A stretch of 64,000 nt of DNA, taken from an uncultured Lachnospiraceae bacterium (lineage in GTDB: Bacteria > Bacillota > Clostridia > TANB77 > CAG-508). Location of the stretch: positions 29,113 to 93,112 of the forward strand of contig CAMEHU010000001.1 of NCBI GenBank assembly GCA_945917765.1, read 5' to 3'. Shown here one piece after another: positions 1 to 11,045 of the stretch (positions are counted from its first letter, which is position 1; each line of letters begins with the position of its first letter). Under the pieces are notes generated by a model. The model worked only from the letters and a program-made list of their open reading frames with translations. It had not been told where the DNA came from and did no database searches. The translations under genes were made by a program, and so were the position numbers.

Positions 1-1039
1 CATGAATTTTTAAAATTGCTTCTCTTCCATTTAAATCTGGTAAACCTACTGTAATTTGTCTATCAAATCTTCCTGGACGTAATAAAGCTTTATCAAGCAT
101 TTCAGGTCTATTTGTAGCTGCTAAAACTATTATACTTTCCTCTGTATCAAAACCATCCATCTCTACAAGTAATTGATTTAATGTTTGATTATTTTCAGTT
201 TCAGAACCACTTGATGATGTTCTTCTTGAACCAATAGCATCAATTTCATCTATAAAAACTATACATGGTGAAACTTTTCTTGCTTTTTCAAATAGTTTTC
301 TTACTCTTGATGCACCTAATCCTGCAAACATTTCAATAAATTCTGAACCACTCATTGAAATAAATGGTACATTTGCTTCACCTGCAATTGCTTTAGCAAT
401 TAAAGTTTTTCCTGTACCTGGATTACCACATAGTAATACACCACGAGGAACTTTTGCTCCCATATCAGTAAATTTCTTTGGATGTTTTAAGAAATCTACT
501 ATTTCAATCATTTCTTGTTTTTCTTCATCTAATCCAGCAACATCATCAAATTTTATTTTTGTTTTTTGTGTTTCTGAATCATATACTTTTCCTTTTTCAC
601 CAAGACCTTGCATTTTAAAAATCATTAAAACTAATACTACTAGTATAATAGTTGGTAAAAATGATAATAATGTTCTAATAATTGTTACAAAAACATTTCT
701 TTCTTTTTGGATTAAATCTATTTTTATACCATTATCTGATTTTTGTTGTACTAATTCAATAAATGAATCAACACTTGGTATTAAAACCTTTTTTTCTTCA
801 TCTTGATTAACTAATTTTACTTTTGCTGTATCACTGCCTTCTGTCATTTCAATTTTTTCAACAGTACCTTCATTTATGCTATTAAGCAATTGTGTATATG
901 GCATATTTTTATCTTCTTGATTCTTGTTAAAATTCATAATGAAAAATATTCCAGCAATAAAAATGATAATCAATAAAACAGAACCAAAAATCAAGCCTAT
1001 ATTTGATTTTTTGTTATTCTCATTATTTTTCAATCCCAT
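1..1039 (-). CDS. ftsH: ATP-dependent zinc metalloprotease FtsH (5' part; 3' end runs off the window)
   Basis: Not in the ORF track because it is truncated. The minus-strand frame from ATG 1039 (RBS AAGGAG) has two TM segments, then [12 protein letters not shown], Walker [30 protein letters not shown] and RPGRFDRQI. Confidence 0.95.
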   Translation of the reverse strand, partial: MGLKNNENNKKSNIGLIFGSVLLIIIFIAGIFFIMNFNKNQEDKNMPYTQLLNSINEGTVEKIEMTEGSDTAKVKLVNQDEEKKVLIPSVDSFIELVQQKSDNGIKIDLIQKERNVFVTIIRTLLSFLPTIILVVLVLMIFKMQGLGEKGKVYDSETQKTKIKFDDVAGLDEEKQEMIEIVDFLKHPKKFTDMGAKVPRGVLLCGNPGTGKTLIAKAIAGEANVPFISMSGSEFIEMFAGLGASRVRKLFEKARKVSPCIVFIDEIDAIGSRRTSSSGSETENNQTLNQLLVEMDGFDTEESIIVLAATNRPEMLDKALLRPGRFDRQITVGLPDLNGREAILKIH

Positions 1040-1233
1040 ATTTTTTCTCCTTTTGTATTATTTTCTTCATGATTATAAATATTATACTTTTTACTTTACT
1101 ATATTTTTAATAAAGTACTAAAATTTTATAACAAATTGTTTTTTATATTATATTTCACTATATATATTCTTAAAATTTGTCAAGTTTAAATAAATCAAAC
1201 TTGACAAATTTTATATTACTATCATCTAATTTT

Positions 1234-3981
1234 TTAATGTTGTGATTCTGGTTGCTCCTGTTGGGCAGGTTGTGATGGCTGTGTTGGTTGAGCTGGTGGT
1301 GTTGGTTGAGCTGGTGGTGTTGGTGGTGCTGGAGTTTCTTTTTTCTCTGCTTCACCAACAACTAATTTAATCTTTGCTTGTTTTGAAACAACTGAACCTG
1401 CTGAAATACTTTGTGAAATAACTTTTCCAACATTATTATTATCTGCTTTGTGTTCTATAGAAACTGATAAATAACTTAATGCTGATTTAGCATTTCCTTC
1501 TGACATTCCAATAACATTTGGAACAGTAACATCTGTATCAACCTTTTCTGTAGTAACTATTGTTTCATCACCATGATCTTCTTCTGCTGGTGTTGCAGAT
1601 GTATGAACATCACATGTTTCTGTTATAACAGAATATTTTGAACCACCATTTGTTTTCCATTTTGCATTTACTTCTTTTTCTGGCATTGCTAATCCCCATG
1701 CTGTTTCCTTATTTGGACAAAATTCTGTTGCTAATTTATGTGTTTCAGAACATATAGAATATGAATTATGACCTTCACATTTTCCTGGAACTGCACCTTC
1801 TACAAAGAATTCTGTATATTTTTCTGTACATGCACTTGTAGCACATTTTCCAGATTTTCTACAAACAGTTGCTGTTACAACATTTCCTGGTTGTTCAAAA
1901 GTTTTTCCTTCTAAACCAGAATGAATGCTTTTCATTACATCAGCCCAAATTAATGTCGCAGGACTACCTCCAGCTGTGTTAACTCTTTCTGGTTGGTCAA
2001 ATCCAACCCAAGTTGCAGCTGTATAATATGGAGTAAATCCACATAGCCATACGTCTTTTTCTTCTTGTGTTGTACCTGTTTTTGCTCCTACATCTATATT
2101 ACTCATTTTACAAATTCTTGCTGTACCTTGTGAACCTTCAACTGGTTGTTTTAGAAGGCTCTTCATAATAAATGCATTTCCTTCTGAAAATACTCTTCTT
2201 GATTCTTGTTTTGCTTCAATTAAAACATTGCCTGATGAATCTTCAACTTTTGTATAGAAAGTTGGCTCTATATAAACACCGTCATTTGCAATTGCAGCAT
2301 ATGCAGCAGCCATTTCTAATGGGCTTATACCATAACTTACTGCACCTAATGCTGTTGTTAAGTTTGAATCATTATATCCATTTGATGATTCTGATGCTTT
2401 TGTTAAAGATGTTATTCCTAACTCTCTCATAAAATCAATTGAAGCATCTGGTGTTAATTCACTCATAACCTTACAAGCAACTATATTAGCTGAAACTTCT
2501 AAAGCATCTCTTATTGTACACAAGCCTGATTTTTGATTTGATGCATTGTGAGGTGTATATGATGTTCCAAATGTTGTTGGATATGTATTATCATATACTG
2601 TAGCTGCATTGATAATTCCTTTTTCTACTGCAGGTCCGTATACTCCTATAGGTTTTATAGAAGAACCTGGTTGTCTTAAACTATTTATTCTGTTTATACC
2701 AATAGCATCAACATCTGTACCTAAACCACCCATACATCCAACAACTCTACCTGTTTTATGATCTATAATAACCATTGCTGATTGTGTATGTGCCCCTTCT
2801 GTTGTAGGAGATGGTTTTACATATTTATCTCCTTTATATTGTGTTTCAACAGTATCTTGTACTGATTTTACTTGTGCAGTATATATTTTTAATCCACCAC
2901 TATATACACGGTTTCTTGCATATTCTTCTGACATTCCTTTTTCTTCAACTAAATCTTTGATTACTTGTTCAACTGCTGCAGAAACATAATAATCTTTTAT
3001 AGTTGAGCTTGGTAATTCACCTTTTTCAAATTTTAAGCCTTCATTTACTTTATTGATTGCTTCATTATATTGATTATCTGTTATAAAACCTAATTCCTTC
3101 ATTTTACCTAATACTGTTTTTGTTCTTGAATTGATTCTATCAGTATTTGGATTTTCCTTATATGGATTATATTGGCTTGGGCTATGTGTAACACCTGCTA
3201 AAAATGCACATTCTTCAATTGATAAATCTCTTGCTGATTTATTGAAATAATACATTGATGCTACTTCAACACCACAAATATCTCCTCCACTTGAAGCAAG
3301 AGGTATTAGATTTAAATAAAGCTCTAATATTTCATCTTTACTAATCATTTTTTCAATTTGATATGCTCTTGACATTTCTCTTATTTTTCTTTGCATACCA
3401 GCTTTACCACTACTATCTTTTTCATTAGTTATGTTTTTAACTAATTGTTGTGTAATAGTACTTCCACCAAAGTTTGATTCACCTGAATGTGTTACATATG
3501 TTAAAGTTGCTGCTGCTGTTCTTTTAACATCAACACCTTTATGCTTATAAAATCTCTCATCTTCTATTGCCACAAAAGCTTTAGGCAAATATTCTGTCAT
3601 TTCCTTTATGCTTATAATTTTTCTGTTTTCTTTTCCAGATAATTCAGCAATAACATTTCCTTCTGAATCATAAATTATAGTATTTGCTTCTCCAATTAAT
3701 AAATCATCTTTTGTTAAAGCAAATTTATCACTGAAAAATATTCCAGCAAAAATTCCACCCATTATTAATATTGCTAAAAATATAACAGCAATTGATATTA
3801 AAATAACTCTTTTTAATACTGGATGTTTCTTTCTTTCTCCTTTAATTTTTTTCTTTTTACCTTTTTGTATTGGTCCTCTATTATTTGTAGTAACATTTTT
3901 GTCATATCGTTTTACTGGATTAATTTTTGCAGAACTATTTGTGCTTCTTCTCCTATTTACATTATTACTTTTACCACTCAT
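1234..3981 (-). CDS. Class A penicillin-binding protein (PBP1A family) with PASTA domain and Pro/Gln-rich tail
   Basis: Transglycosylase motifs EDERFYKHKG and GGSTITQQLVKN; transpeptidase SxxK (GSSIKP) and KTGT; C-terminal VPNVIG PASTA repeat. Confidence 0.93.
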   Translation of the reverse strand: MSGKSNNVNRRRSTNSSAKINPVKRYDKNVTTNNRGPIQKGKKKKIKGERKKHPVLKRVILISIAVIFLAILIMGGIFAGIFFSDKFALTKDDLLIGEANTIIYDSEGNVIAELSGKENRKIISIKEMTEYLPKAFVAIEDERFYKHKGVDVKRTAAATLTYVTHSGESNFGGSTITQQLVKNITNEKDSSGKAGMQRKIREMSRAYQIEKMISKDEILELYLNLIPLASSGGDICGVEVASMYYFNKSARDLSIEECAFLAGVTHSPSQYNPYKENPNTDRINSRTKTVLGKMKELGFITDNQYNEAINKVNEGLKFEKGELPSSTIKDYYVSAAVEQVIKDLVEEKGMSEEYARNRVYSGGLKIYTAQVKSVQDTVETQYKGDKYVKPSPTTEGAHTQSAMVIIDHKTGRVVGCMGGLGTDVDAIGINRINSLRQPGSSIKPIGVYGPAVEKGIINAATVYDNTYPTTFGTSYTPHNASNQKSGLCTIRDALEVSANIVACKVMSELTPDASIDFMRELGITSLTKASESSNGYNDSNLTTALGAVSYGISPLEMAAAYAAIANDGVYIEPTFYTKVEDSSGNVLIEAKQESRRVFSEGNAFIMKSLLKQPVEGSQGTARICKMSNIDVGAKTGTTQEEKDVWLCGFTPYYTAATWVGFDQPERVNTAGGSPATLIWADVMKSIHSGLEGKTFEQPGNVVTATVCRKSGKCATSACTEKYTEFFVEGAVPGKCEGHNSYSICSETHKLATEFCPNKETAWGLAMPEKEVNAKWKTNGGSKYSVITETCDVHTSATPAEEDHGDETIVTTEKVDTDVTVPNVIGMSEGNAKSALSYLSVSIEHKADNNNVGKVISQSISAGSVVSKQAKIKLVVGEAEKKETPAPPTPPAQPTPPAQPTQPSQPAQQEQPESQH
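1250..1335 (-). repeat. Coding tandem repeat (PAQPTP-like units) in the PBP1A tail
   Basis: gctggtggtgttggttga-type 18-bp units are visible directly. Confidence 0.8.
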
Positions 3982-4101
3982 TTTTTAACTCCTTTTCTGA
4001 CATAATTTTTAGTAAAACCTTACCATCTAATTATATTACATATTTCCTAAAAATAAAAGTCTTTTTTTGATTTTTATCAACTTTAATAAATAAATCACAA
4101 T

Positions 4102-4968
4102 TTACAATGTTTCTATAATATCTCTACAGTCAGTAGCAATTATAGCACCTTGTTTTATTAATTCATTTGTTCCTTTAGAATTAATATTATCAATATTTCC
4201 AGGAATTGCAAAAACTTCTTTTCCTTGTTCTAATGCAAAATCAGCAGTTATTAATGACCCGCTTTTTTCTTTTGCTTCAACAACAATAACGCCTTTAGAC
4301 AATCCACTAATTATCCTATTTCTTGCTGGAAAATTGATTTTATTCGGTTTAGTACCAACTATATATTCTGTAATTATTAGACCATTATTTTTTATAATTC
4401 GTTCATATAAATTTTTATTTTCATATGGATAAATATAATCTAAACCGCAACCTATTACACCAATTGTTGAGCCTCCCGCTTCTAATGCCCCGATATGCGA
4501 ATATTTATCAATTCCTTTAGCCAAACCACTAATTATACATAAATCTTTTTTAGCTAATTCATATCCAATTTTTAGTGCAGTCTTTTTCCCATATTCACTA
4601 CAATCTCTACATCCGACTATCGCAACTCCAGTTTTATGTAATATATCAGTATTTCCAAGTGCATATAATACTATTGGTTTATCATATATATTTTTTAATT
4701 GTTCTGGATAATTTGTATCACATATAGTAATTATTTGAATTTTGTTTTTTTCAATATATTTTTGATATTTGTCTAAATTTTCTCTATATTTCATTTCAAG
4801 AATTTGTTTTACATCATTTTCATCTAGTTCTGTAATAGTATCTAATTCCTGTTTTTTTAAACTCCAAATATTTTGTGGGGTTTTAAATTTTTTTAATAAT
4901 AATTCTTTTTTTATAACACTTAATTTTTCTATTCTTGAAAACCAAATCCAATATTTAATATCAATCAT
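4102..4968 (-). CDS. dprA: DNA-processing protein DprA
   Basis: Motifs AIVGCR, ISGLAKGID, FPARNRIISGLS, VEAKEKSGSLITA, GTNELIKQGA. Confidence 0.95.
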   Translation of the reverse strand: MIDIKYWIWFSRIEKLSVIKKELLLKKFKTPQNIWSLKKQELDTITELDENDVKQILEMKYRENLDKYQKYIEKNKIQIITICDTNYPEQLKNIYDKPIVLYALGNTDILHKTGVAIVGCRDCSEYGKKTALKIGYELAKKDLCIISGLAKGIDKYSHIGALEAGGSTIGVIGCGLDYIYPYENKNLYERIIKNNGLIITEYIVGTKPNKINFPARNRIISGLSKGVIVVEAKEKSGSLITADFALEQGKEVFAIPGNIDNINSKGTNELIKQGAIIATDCRDIIETL

Positions 4969-5095
4969 TTATTTTTTATGTGATAATTCAGTTACCACAT
5001 TCTCCTTTCTGTTGTTTTATAATAATTGCTTTCTTTCTATATCTTGATATAAAAAGAGAGCTGTAAAAATTTAGCCCCCAAAAATATATTAAATT

Positions 5096-5944
5096 TTATT
5101 TATTCATTTCTTTTGCAGCTTTAACTACGTTTGTCATAAGCATTGCAATTGTCATTGGTCCAACGCCACCTGGTACAGGAGTGATGTAAGATGCTTTTTT
5201 CTCAACATTTTCAAAATCAACATCTCCTACCAATTTTCCTTCTTCGTTTCTATTTATTCCAACATCTATGATAACAGCCCCATCTTTTACCATATCTGCT
5301 GTTACAAATTTTGCTTTTCCTAATGCGGCAATTAGAATATCTGCATTTTTTGTAATTTCTTTAATATTTTCTGTTTTTGAATGACAAACTGTAACAGTTC
5401 CATTTTTCTTAAGCATACATTGAATTAATGGTTTACCAACTATATTGCTTCTTCCAATAATTACAACATTTTTCCCTTGAACATCAATATTATATTCCTC
5501 AAACATTTTTACAACACCAAATGGAGTACATGATATAAAACAATCTTCACCTATTGATAATTTTCCAACATTAATAGGATTAAATCCATCAACATCTTTT
5601 TTATAACTTATTTTATTAAAAGCTTTATTTATATCTAAGTTTTTAGGAATAGGACTTTGTAAAAGTATTCCATGAATATCATCTCTATTATTTAATTTTT
5701 CTATTAACTCCAACAATTCTTCCATTGTTGTAGTTTCATCAAGTAAAAACTCTTCATATTCTATTCCGATTTCTTCACAAGCTTTGCTTTTATTTTTTAC
5801 ATATACTTTTGATGCTTTATCATCACCAACCATTATTACCGCTAATTTTGGATTTATTCCATTATTTTTTAGTTCGGAAACTTCTTCTTTTAAACCCATT
5901 CTTATTTTTTGTGCAAGCCCTTTACCATCAATTAAAACTGCCAT
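5096..5944 (-). CDS. folD: Methylenetetrahydrofolate dehydrogenase/cyclohydrolase
   Basis: Motifs KDVDGF, GRSNIVGKP, TPVPGGVGPMT. Confidence 0.97.
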   Translation of the reverse strand: MAVLIDGKGLAQKIRMGLKEEVSELKNNGINPKLAVIMVGDDKASKVYVKNKSKACEEIGIEYEEFLLDETTTMEELLELIEKLNNRDDIHGILLQSPIPKNLDINKAFNKISYKKDVDGFNPINVGKLSIGEDCFISCTPFGVVKMFEEYNIDVQGKNVVIIGRSNIVGKPLIQCMLKKNGTVTVCHSKTENIKEITKNADILIAALGKAKFVTADMVKDGAVIIDVGINRNEEGKLVGDVDFENVEKKASYITPVPGGVGPMTIAMLMTNVVKAAKEMNK

Positions 5945-6050
5945 ATTAATTCCTCCATTTTTTGATTTAGAAAATAATTACTAACTGTGTCTATTATAGA
6001 ACACTTGTTCTTTAATGTCAATGCTTTTTTATTATTTTTTCAATGTTTCG

Positions 6051-6067
6051 TACGACATTTTTCGACA
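6051..6067 (-). promoter_or_regulatory. Tandem Spo0A-like boxes upstream of folD
   Basis: TTCGACA (TGTCGAA on the minus strand) at 6061-6067 and a near-copy TACGACA 10 bp away. Confidence 0.5.
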
Positions 6068-7946
6068 TTAAATTTCACTCATTTGTTGTAATATTTGTAT
6101 ACTTAGCGCAATGCTTTTAGCATCTAACCCATTTAATGCCTCTAATTCCTCTACTTTTCCATGTTGAACAAAAGTATCATCATAACCGTATGCTTTCATA
6201 CGAACACCACTAATTTTACATTCATTTATTAATTCCAAAACACTAGTTCCCAATCCACCATGTAAAATTCCATCTTCAATTGTTATCACATTTTTTGTTT
6301 TTCTAATTGACCTCTCTATTGTGTAAGAATCAAGTGGTTTTAAAAACCTAGCATTTATAACATCACACTTTATATCATATTGCTTCAACAATTCACTAAC
6401 TTCAACAGCTCTTTCAACCATTTTGCCAATTGCTACAATTGTTAAATCATCACCTTCTTCAAGAATTTCAGCTCTTCCAAGTTTAATCTCCTCAGTTTTT
6501 TCAAATTCATAACTTCCTTGTCCACCTCGTGGATATCTAATTACAACAGGAGTTTTTAAAGTAAATGCAAACTCAAGCATTTTTTCTAATTCCTCAAAAT
6601 TCTTAGGTGCCATAATAGTGATATTAGGAATTAATGAGAAAAACGCCATATCAAATATTCCTTGATGAGTTTCCCCATCATTTCCTACAATTCCAGCTCT
6701 ATCAACACACATAACTACAGGTAAATTTTGAATACATATATCATGAATAACTTGATCAAACGCCCTTTGATAAAATGATGAATATATTGATACTACAGGT
6801 TTATATCCTTTTTTAGCCATTCCTGCTGCCATTCCGAATAGCATGTTGCTCAGCAATTCCAACATCAAAAATTCTATTTGGAAATTGCTTTTGAAATTCA
6901 GTTAATCCTGTTCCATCAATCATTGCTGCCGAAATTGCAACTATTTTTTCATCTTTTTTTGCAAGTTCTACTAGTTTTTTTCCAAATATTCTTGAATAAT
7001 CATCCTTTTTTTCTTTTATTGGGTTTCCTGTAAAAACGTCAAAACTTGAAGTGCTATGAAATTTATCTGGATTTTCTTCTGCAAATTTATACCCTTTTCC
7101 TTTTTTAGTAATAACATGTATTAAAACAGGACCTTTTATAGCTTTACTTGTTTTTAAAACTCTTTCTAACTTTTCAATATTATGACCATCAACAGGTCCT
7201 AAATAAGTAAATCCAATATCTTCATAATACATTTTAGGAATAAAAATTTGTTTAATTCCTCTTTTTAGTCTTTGTGCTACTCTTACAATACTATTTCCCA
7301 CTTTTGGAATTTTTAAAGTAATGTTTTTTATTCTACTATTAGTTTTTGTATAAAATCTTTTAGTTCTTAATTTACTTAAAAAGTACGTAATTCCTCCAAC
7401 ATTTTTAGAAATGCTCATTTCGTTATCATTTAAAATAACTGTTATATCTGTATTACTACTACCTGCATCATTTAGGGCTTCTTGGGCCATCCCTCCAGTC
7501 AAAGCCCCGTCACCAATAACAGCTATTACTTTATTTTTTCTATCGTCTAATTTATTTGCTCTTGCCATTCCTAATGCAGCTGATATAGATGTTGAGCTAT
7601 GTCCTGTATTAAAGCAATCAAACTCAGATTCACTTGTTTTTGGAAATCCTGCAATTCCATCTAATTTTCTTAGTGAATTCATTTGATCTTTTCTTCCAGT
7701 CAAAATTTTATGTACATAAGTTTGGTGCCCAACATCCCAAATAATTGAATCTCTAGGAGTATTAAAAACACTATGTAATGCAATTGTTAGTTCAACAACT
7801 CCCAAATTTGATGCCAAATGTCCTCCATTTTCTGAAACTATCCCCAACACCATTGTTCTAAGTTCTTCAGCTAATTTTTCTTTTTCTTTTATATTTAATT
7901 TTTTTAAATCTTTTACATTATTTAAATTTTTTAAAACTTCTTCCAC
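6068..7946 (-). CDS. dxs: 1-deoxy-D-xylulose-5-phosphate synthase, split into two frames by one extra base at 6836 (recoding, pseudogene or assembly error)
   Basis: The 5' ORF has GGHLASNLG, DVGHQ, GDGALTGG and DVGIAEQHA. The 3' ORF continues GMAAGMA...FYQRAFDQ...DGETHQG. Removing one C (ATT-C-GGA) fuses them into a full-length Dxs. Confidence 0.93.
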
Positions 7947-8078
7947 TTTAAAACTCCTATAAATTTTGTTTTCGCTAATTATTTTATATCATTATTTGAC
8001 AGTTTTGTAAACCAAAATAAAAAAATAGTTCACTTTCAAATCTGATTAGCATATATTTATTGAAAAGGAGGTTTTTTA

Positions 8079-8372
8079 ATGGATGGATTATATGAATTTA
8101 ATGTAAAATCACCAATGGGAAATATTAAAGCTTTAGTAAAACTAATTTCAAACGGAAATAACTTAAGTGGATTTGTAGATGTTATGGGAAAAAGAAATGA
8201 ATTTAATAACGGATTAATTTCTGGAAACAATTTATCTTTGAAAGGAAAAATTTCTGCTGGAATGATGAATATTCAATATACTATTATTGGAAATGTGCAA
8301 GGAGATATTCTAAATCTTGCTGCCCAAACAAATATGGGTAATTTTAATTTACAAGGAAAACGAATTTCGTAA
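8079..8372 (+). CDS. Hypothetical small beta-rich protein
   Basis: 97-aa ORF with a strong AAGGAGG RBS. Confidence 0.75.
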   Translation: MDGLYEFNVKSPMGNIKALVKLISNGNNLSGFVDVMGKRNEFNNGLISGNNLSLKGKISAGMMNIQYTIIGNVQGDILNLAAQTNMGNFNLQGKRIS

Positions 8373-8560
8373 ATTGGGGACGGAGAAAAATTTTAAATTG
8401 TTAAATTGGGGACGGAGAAAATTTTAAATTTTTAAAATTAGGGACAGAAATCGAGACTTTCTAGAAAAGCTTTTTTCTAAAAAAAAGAGACTTTCAAGAC
8501 TGTCCCCTAAAGTCTCAAAAGTGAGACTAAAAAAGACCGTCCCGAAAAGTCTCATTTCAA
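8373..8560. repeat. REP-like intergenic repeat cluster (GGGACGG / AGACCGTCCC...GTCTCA family), copy 1
   Basis: Two aattggggacggagaaaa units, then agactgtcccc..gtctcaaaagtgagac..agaccgtcccgaaaagtctca, between convergent genes. Confidence 0.8.
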
Positions 8561-8561
8561 A

Positions 8562-9707
8562 TTAAATTTTTCTATCTATTCCTTTTTTAGCTCCCCACAT
8601 GCATGGCATAGTACAACGGAATCCTGGGAATGTACATCTTGCGCCTTTTGAATATGGTAATAAATATTCATAAATTTCCTTTTTATTTTCTTTTACATTA
8701 CTCATATATTTTTCTAATATCTCTTTTGTTTGTAATGCAATTTCAAGTTGAGCTGCACCACATAATCTTTCTTGACATTTCATAACAAAATTTTCAACAG
8801 TTCCTCTTTCATTAATATCTAATAATAATCCTTGAGGAAACTCTGAATCAAGACTTGTTATATCTTTTATCCATTCATTTTCTAATTCAGTTCCTTTAAT
8901 AATTGGAGGAACAAAATATTCATGTTTTTCTGGCATAAAAATTTCATAATATAATGTACGATGTCTTTGAGCCTGAGCTAGTTCAGCAAAAGTTCCTTTA
9001 TAATTCACACAGTAGTTTTCACCAAATTCTTCCTCACGTCTTCTTTTGGCAAAAAATGAAATAGTTCTACCTTTTACATCTGAATTTAATTCAGGTACTA
9101 TTAAATCACTAATTTTCTCATTAAATTCTTTAAATACTTTTTTTAATTTAACATTAAAATCTGTATCTGGAGCTTTTTCTATAAAATCTTCAAACCAGTG
9201 TACAATATAATTTAATTGTCCAAAATTAACCGTATATTCCATTATTGTCGCAGGTGTAAAAACACTTATAAGATATCTAGCATTTTCCATTGCAAGCTTT
9301 TTCACCTTTTTTTCATCAATTTCAGGGAATTCTTCAGAGATGACATTTTGATAAATCTTAATCCACTTTTCGTATAATTCTTCTTCTTTCTCAGAAGGCT
9401 CCATTTTTGTATATCTTGCTGACTTTTCAGATGTATTATACATTTTTTCATTATTTAAAATCATAGCTAAAATTTTTGGAATTCCTTCTAATGATAAATT
9501 ATAAGTAACATGTCCAAAAACACTATGATGACCTGAAGCTAGTGTGCCTTTCGCCCTTCTTTCAGTCTTTTCAATAGGTTCAGAAAACAAAGTATCCATA
9601 CTATCTGGCATATAACATATTCCAGCAGACTTACCAGAAAAATTAATTGCCTCCTCTTTTGGCATTGTATAACCTACTTTAGTTGATGCTAGTACTTTTA
9701 TTTGCAT
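8562..9707 (-). CDS. thyX: FAD-dependent thymidylate synthase ThyX-like protein (long, two-domain form)
   Basis: GHHSVFGH, EKSARYT, ENARY and AQAQRHRT motifs typical of ThyX. Confidence 0.75.
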   Translation of the reverse strand: MQIKVLASTKVGYTMPKEEAINFSGKSAGICYMPDSMDTLFSEPIEKTERRAKGTLASGHHSVFGHVTYNLSLEGIPKILAMILNNEKMYNTSEKSARYTKMEPSEKEEELYEKWIKIYQNVISEEFPEIDEKKVKKLAMENARYLISVFTPATIMEYTVNFGQLNYIVHWFEDFIEKAPDTDFNVKLKKVFKEFNEKISDLIVPELNSDVKGRTISFFAKRRREEEFGENYCVNYKGTFAELAQAQRHRTLYYEIFMPEKHEYFVPPIIKGTELENEWIKDITSLDSEFPQGLLLDINERGTVENFVMKCQERLCGAAQLEIALQTKEILEKYMSNVKENKKEIYEYLLPYSKGARCTFPGFRCTMPCMWGAKKGIDRKI

Positions 9708-9986
9708 ATTTTACAACTCCTTTATAACATATAATTTTACTATATTTTTCTCTAAATTTTATTTACAGATTATCTGAATTATAGCATTACAATTTTCACA
9801 TTTCAACATTTTTTTACAATTATAAATCATTTCCTGTTACATTTTAATACTTTTGTCTTTTGAGTAGCCAGAATCATAATATGGAAAATATACATATCCC
9901 CCATTGACTTTTATAAACAAATCCATTAATATAATCATAACAAAAAATAACTTACACAAAATAAAAAAAAGAAAGGATGAACTAAT

Positions 9987-10847
9987 ATGAGTAATTTAAT
10001 TAAGTATTTATTTCAAACAAATGCATTCAAAATATGTCCAGAAAACAAACCATTTTGGTACACTTCAGGAAAAATCGGACCATATTTTATGAATGCTCAA
10101 TTTTTATATGGAAGTGAAGAAGACGCAAATTCTTTGTTAGAGTTTATCGACTCTGAATTAGAAAATGCAACAAAATATGAATTACCAAAAGATGTTTTTG
10201 AAAAAACTTTAACACAATACAACTCTAATGAAATATATAAAACAACAATAAATGAATTTGTTGATTTTATAAAAAACACTATTAATTTATCAGAAATAGA
10301 TTATATTTCAGGTGGAGAAAGAAGAGATTGGTTTTTCTCTAACATTGTTGCACATTTATTAGGAAAACCTCATTTAACAATTTTCAAAGATTTATCTTTA
10401 GTATGTAGTACATCTGACTTTTCATCTACAACAGATATCACAGATTTATCTAATAAAAATGTATTACATGTTGCAGATCTTCTTAACGTAGCGTCAAGCT
10501 ATCTTCGTGCTTGGATACCTGCAATCAAGGATTTAGGTGGAAATTTAAAATGGAGTTTAGTTGCTGTTGATAGACAACAAGGCGGTTTTGAAACATTAAA
10601 AAATGCTGGAGTTACTTCATATGCATTAATTAATATTGATAATTCATTATTTGATAAAGCTTTAGAATTAAATATAATTAATAAAGCTCAATTAGATACT
10701 TTATACAAGTTCAAAGAAAATCCTGATGAAACTATGAGAAACTTTTTACTAGAACACCCAGAATTTATAGAAGAATCATTAAAAGCTGGTGGCAAAAGTG
10801 CAAAAAGAGCTCAACTTTGTATAGATAGTAATATTTATAATTTATAA
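9987..10847 (+). CDS. Orotate phosphoribosyltransferase-like protein (type I PRTase)
   Basis: FWYTSGKIGPYF at the N-terminus, PRPP loop VLHVADLLNVASS, and AVDRQQGG. Confidence 0.7.
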   Translation: MSNLIKYLFQTNAFKICPENKPFWYTSGKIGPYFMNAQFLYGSEEDANSLLEFIDSELENATKYELPKDVFEKTLTQYNSNEIYKTTINEFVDFIKNTINLSEIDYISGGERRDWFFSNIVAHLLGKPHLTIFKDLSLVCSTSDFSSTTDITDLSNKNVLHVADLLNVASSYLRAWIPAIKDLGGNLKWSLVAVDRQQGGFETLKNAGVTSYALINIDNSLFDKALELNIINKAQLDTLYKFKENPDETMRNFLLEHPEFIEESLKAGGKSAKRAQLCIDSNIYNL

Positions 10848-10881
10848 TTTATAATTTATAATTTATAATTTATAATTTATA
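10834..10881 (+). repeat. Heptamer microsatellite (TTTATAA), about 7 copies, overlapping the PRTase stop codon
   Basis: Six perfect copies and one partial copy read directly. Confidence 0.9.
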
Positions 10882-10887
10882 GTTTTT

Positions 10888-10919
10888 AAGCCGGTTCAAT
10901 TAATACAACCGGCTTTTTC
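10888..10919 (+). terminator. Intrinsic terminator
   Basis: aagccggtt...aaccggctt stem followed by a T tract. Confidence 0.75.
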
Positions 10920-10926
10920 TTAACTT

Positions 10927-11040
10927 TTGGGACGGTTCTAAAAACTCAAAGTTACATTTATATACGTTGCTATAACATTAAGACCGTCCCTTCAAGTCTC
11001 AAAAGTGAGACAAAAAAAGACCGTCCCCAAAAGTCTCATT
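10927..11040. repeat. REP-like intergenic repeat cluster, copy 2
   Basis: gggacggttct...agaccgtccc..gtctcaaaagtgagac..agaccgtccccaaaagtctca, nearly identical to 8497-8556. Confidence 0.8.
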
Positions 11041-11045
11041 CTTTT

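Noticed and set aside
924-1361. Short ORFs 924-1121 and 1170-1361
   Set aside because: Antisense to the ftsH start and an alternate frame of the PBP repeat tail; low complexity and no RBS.
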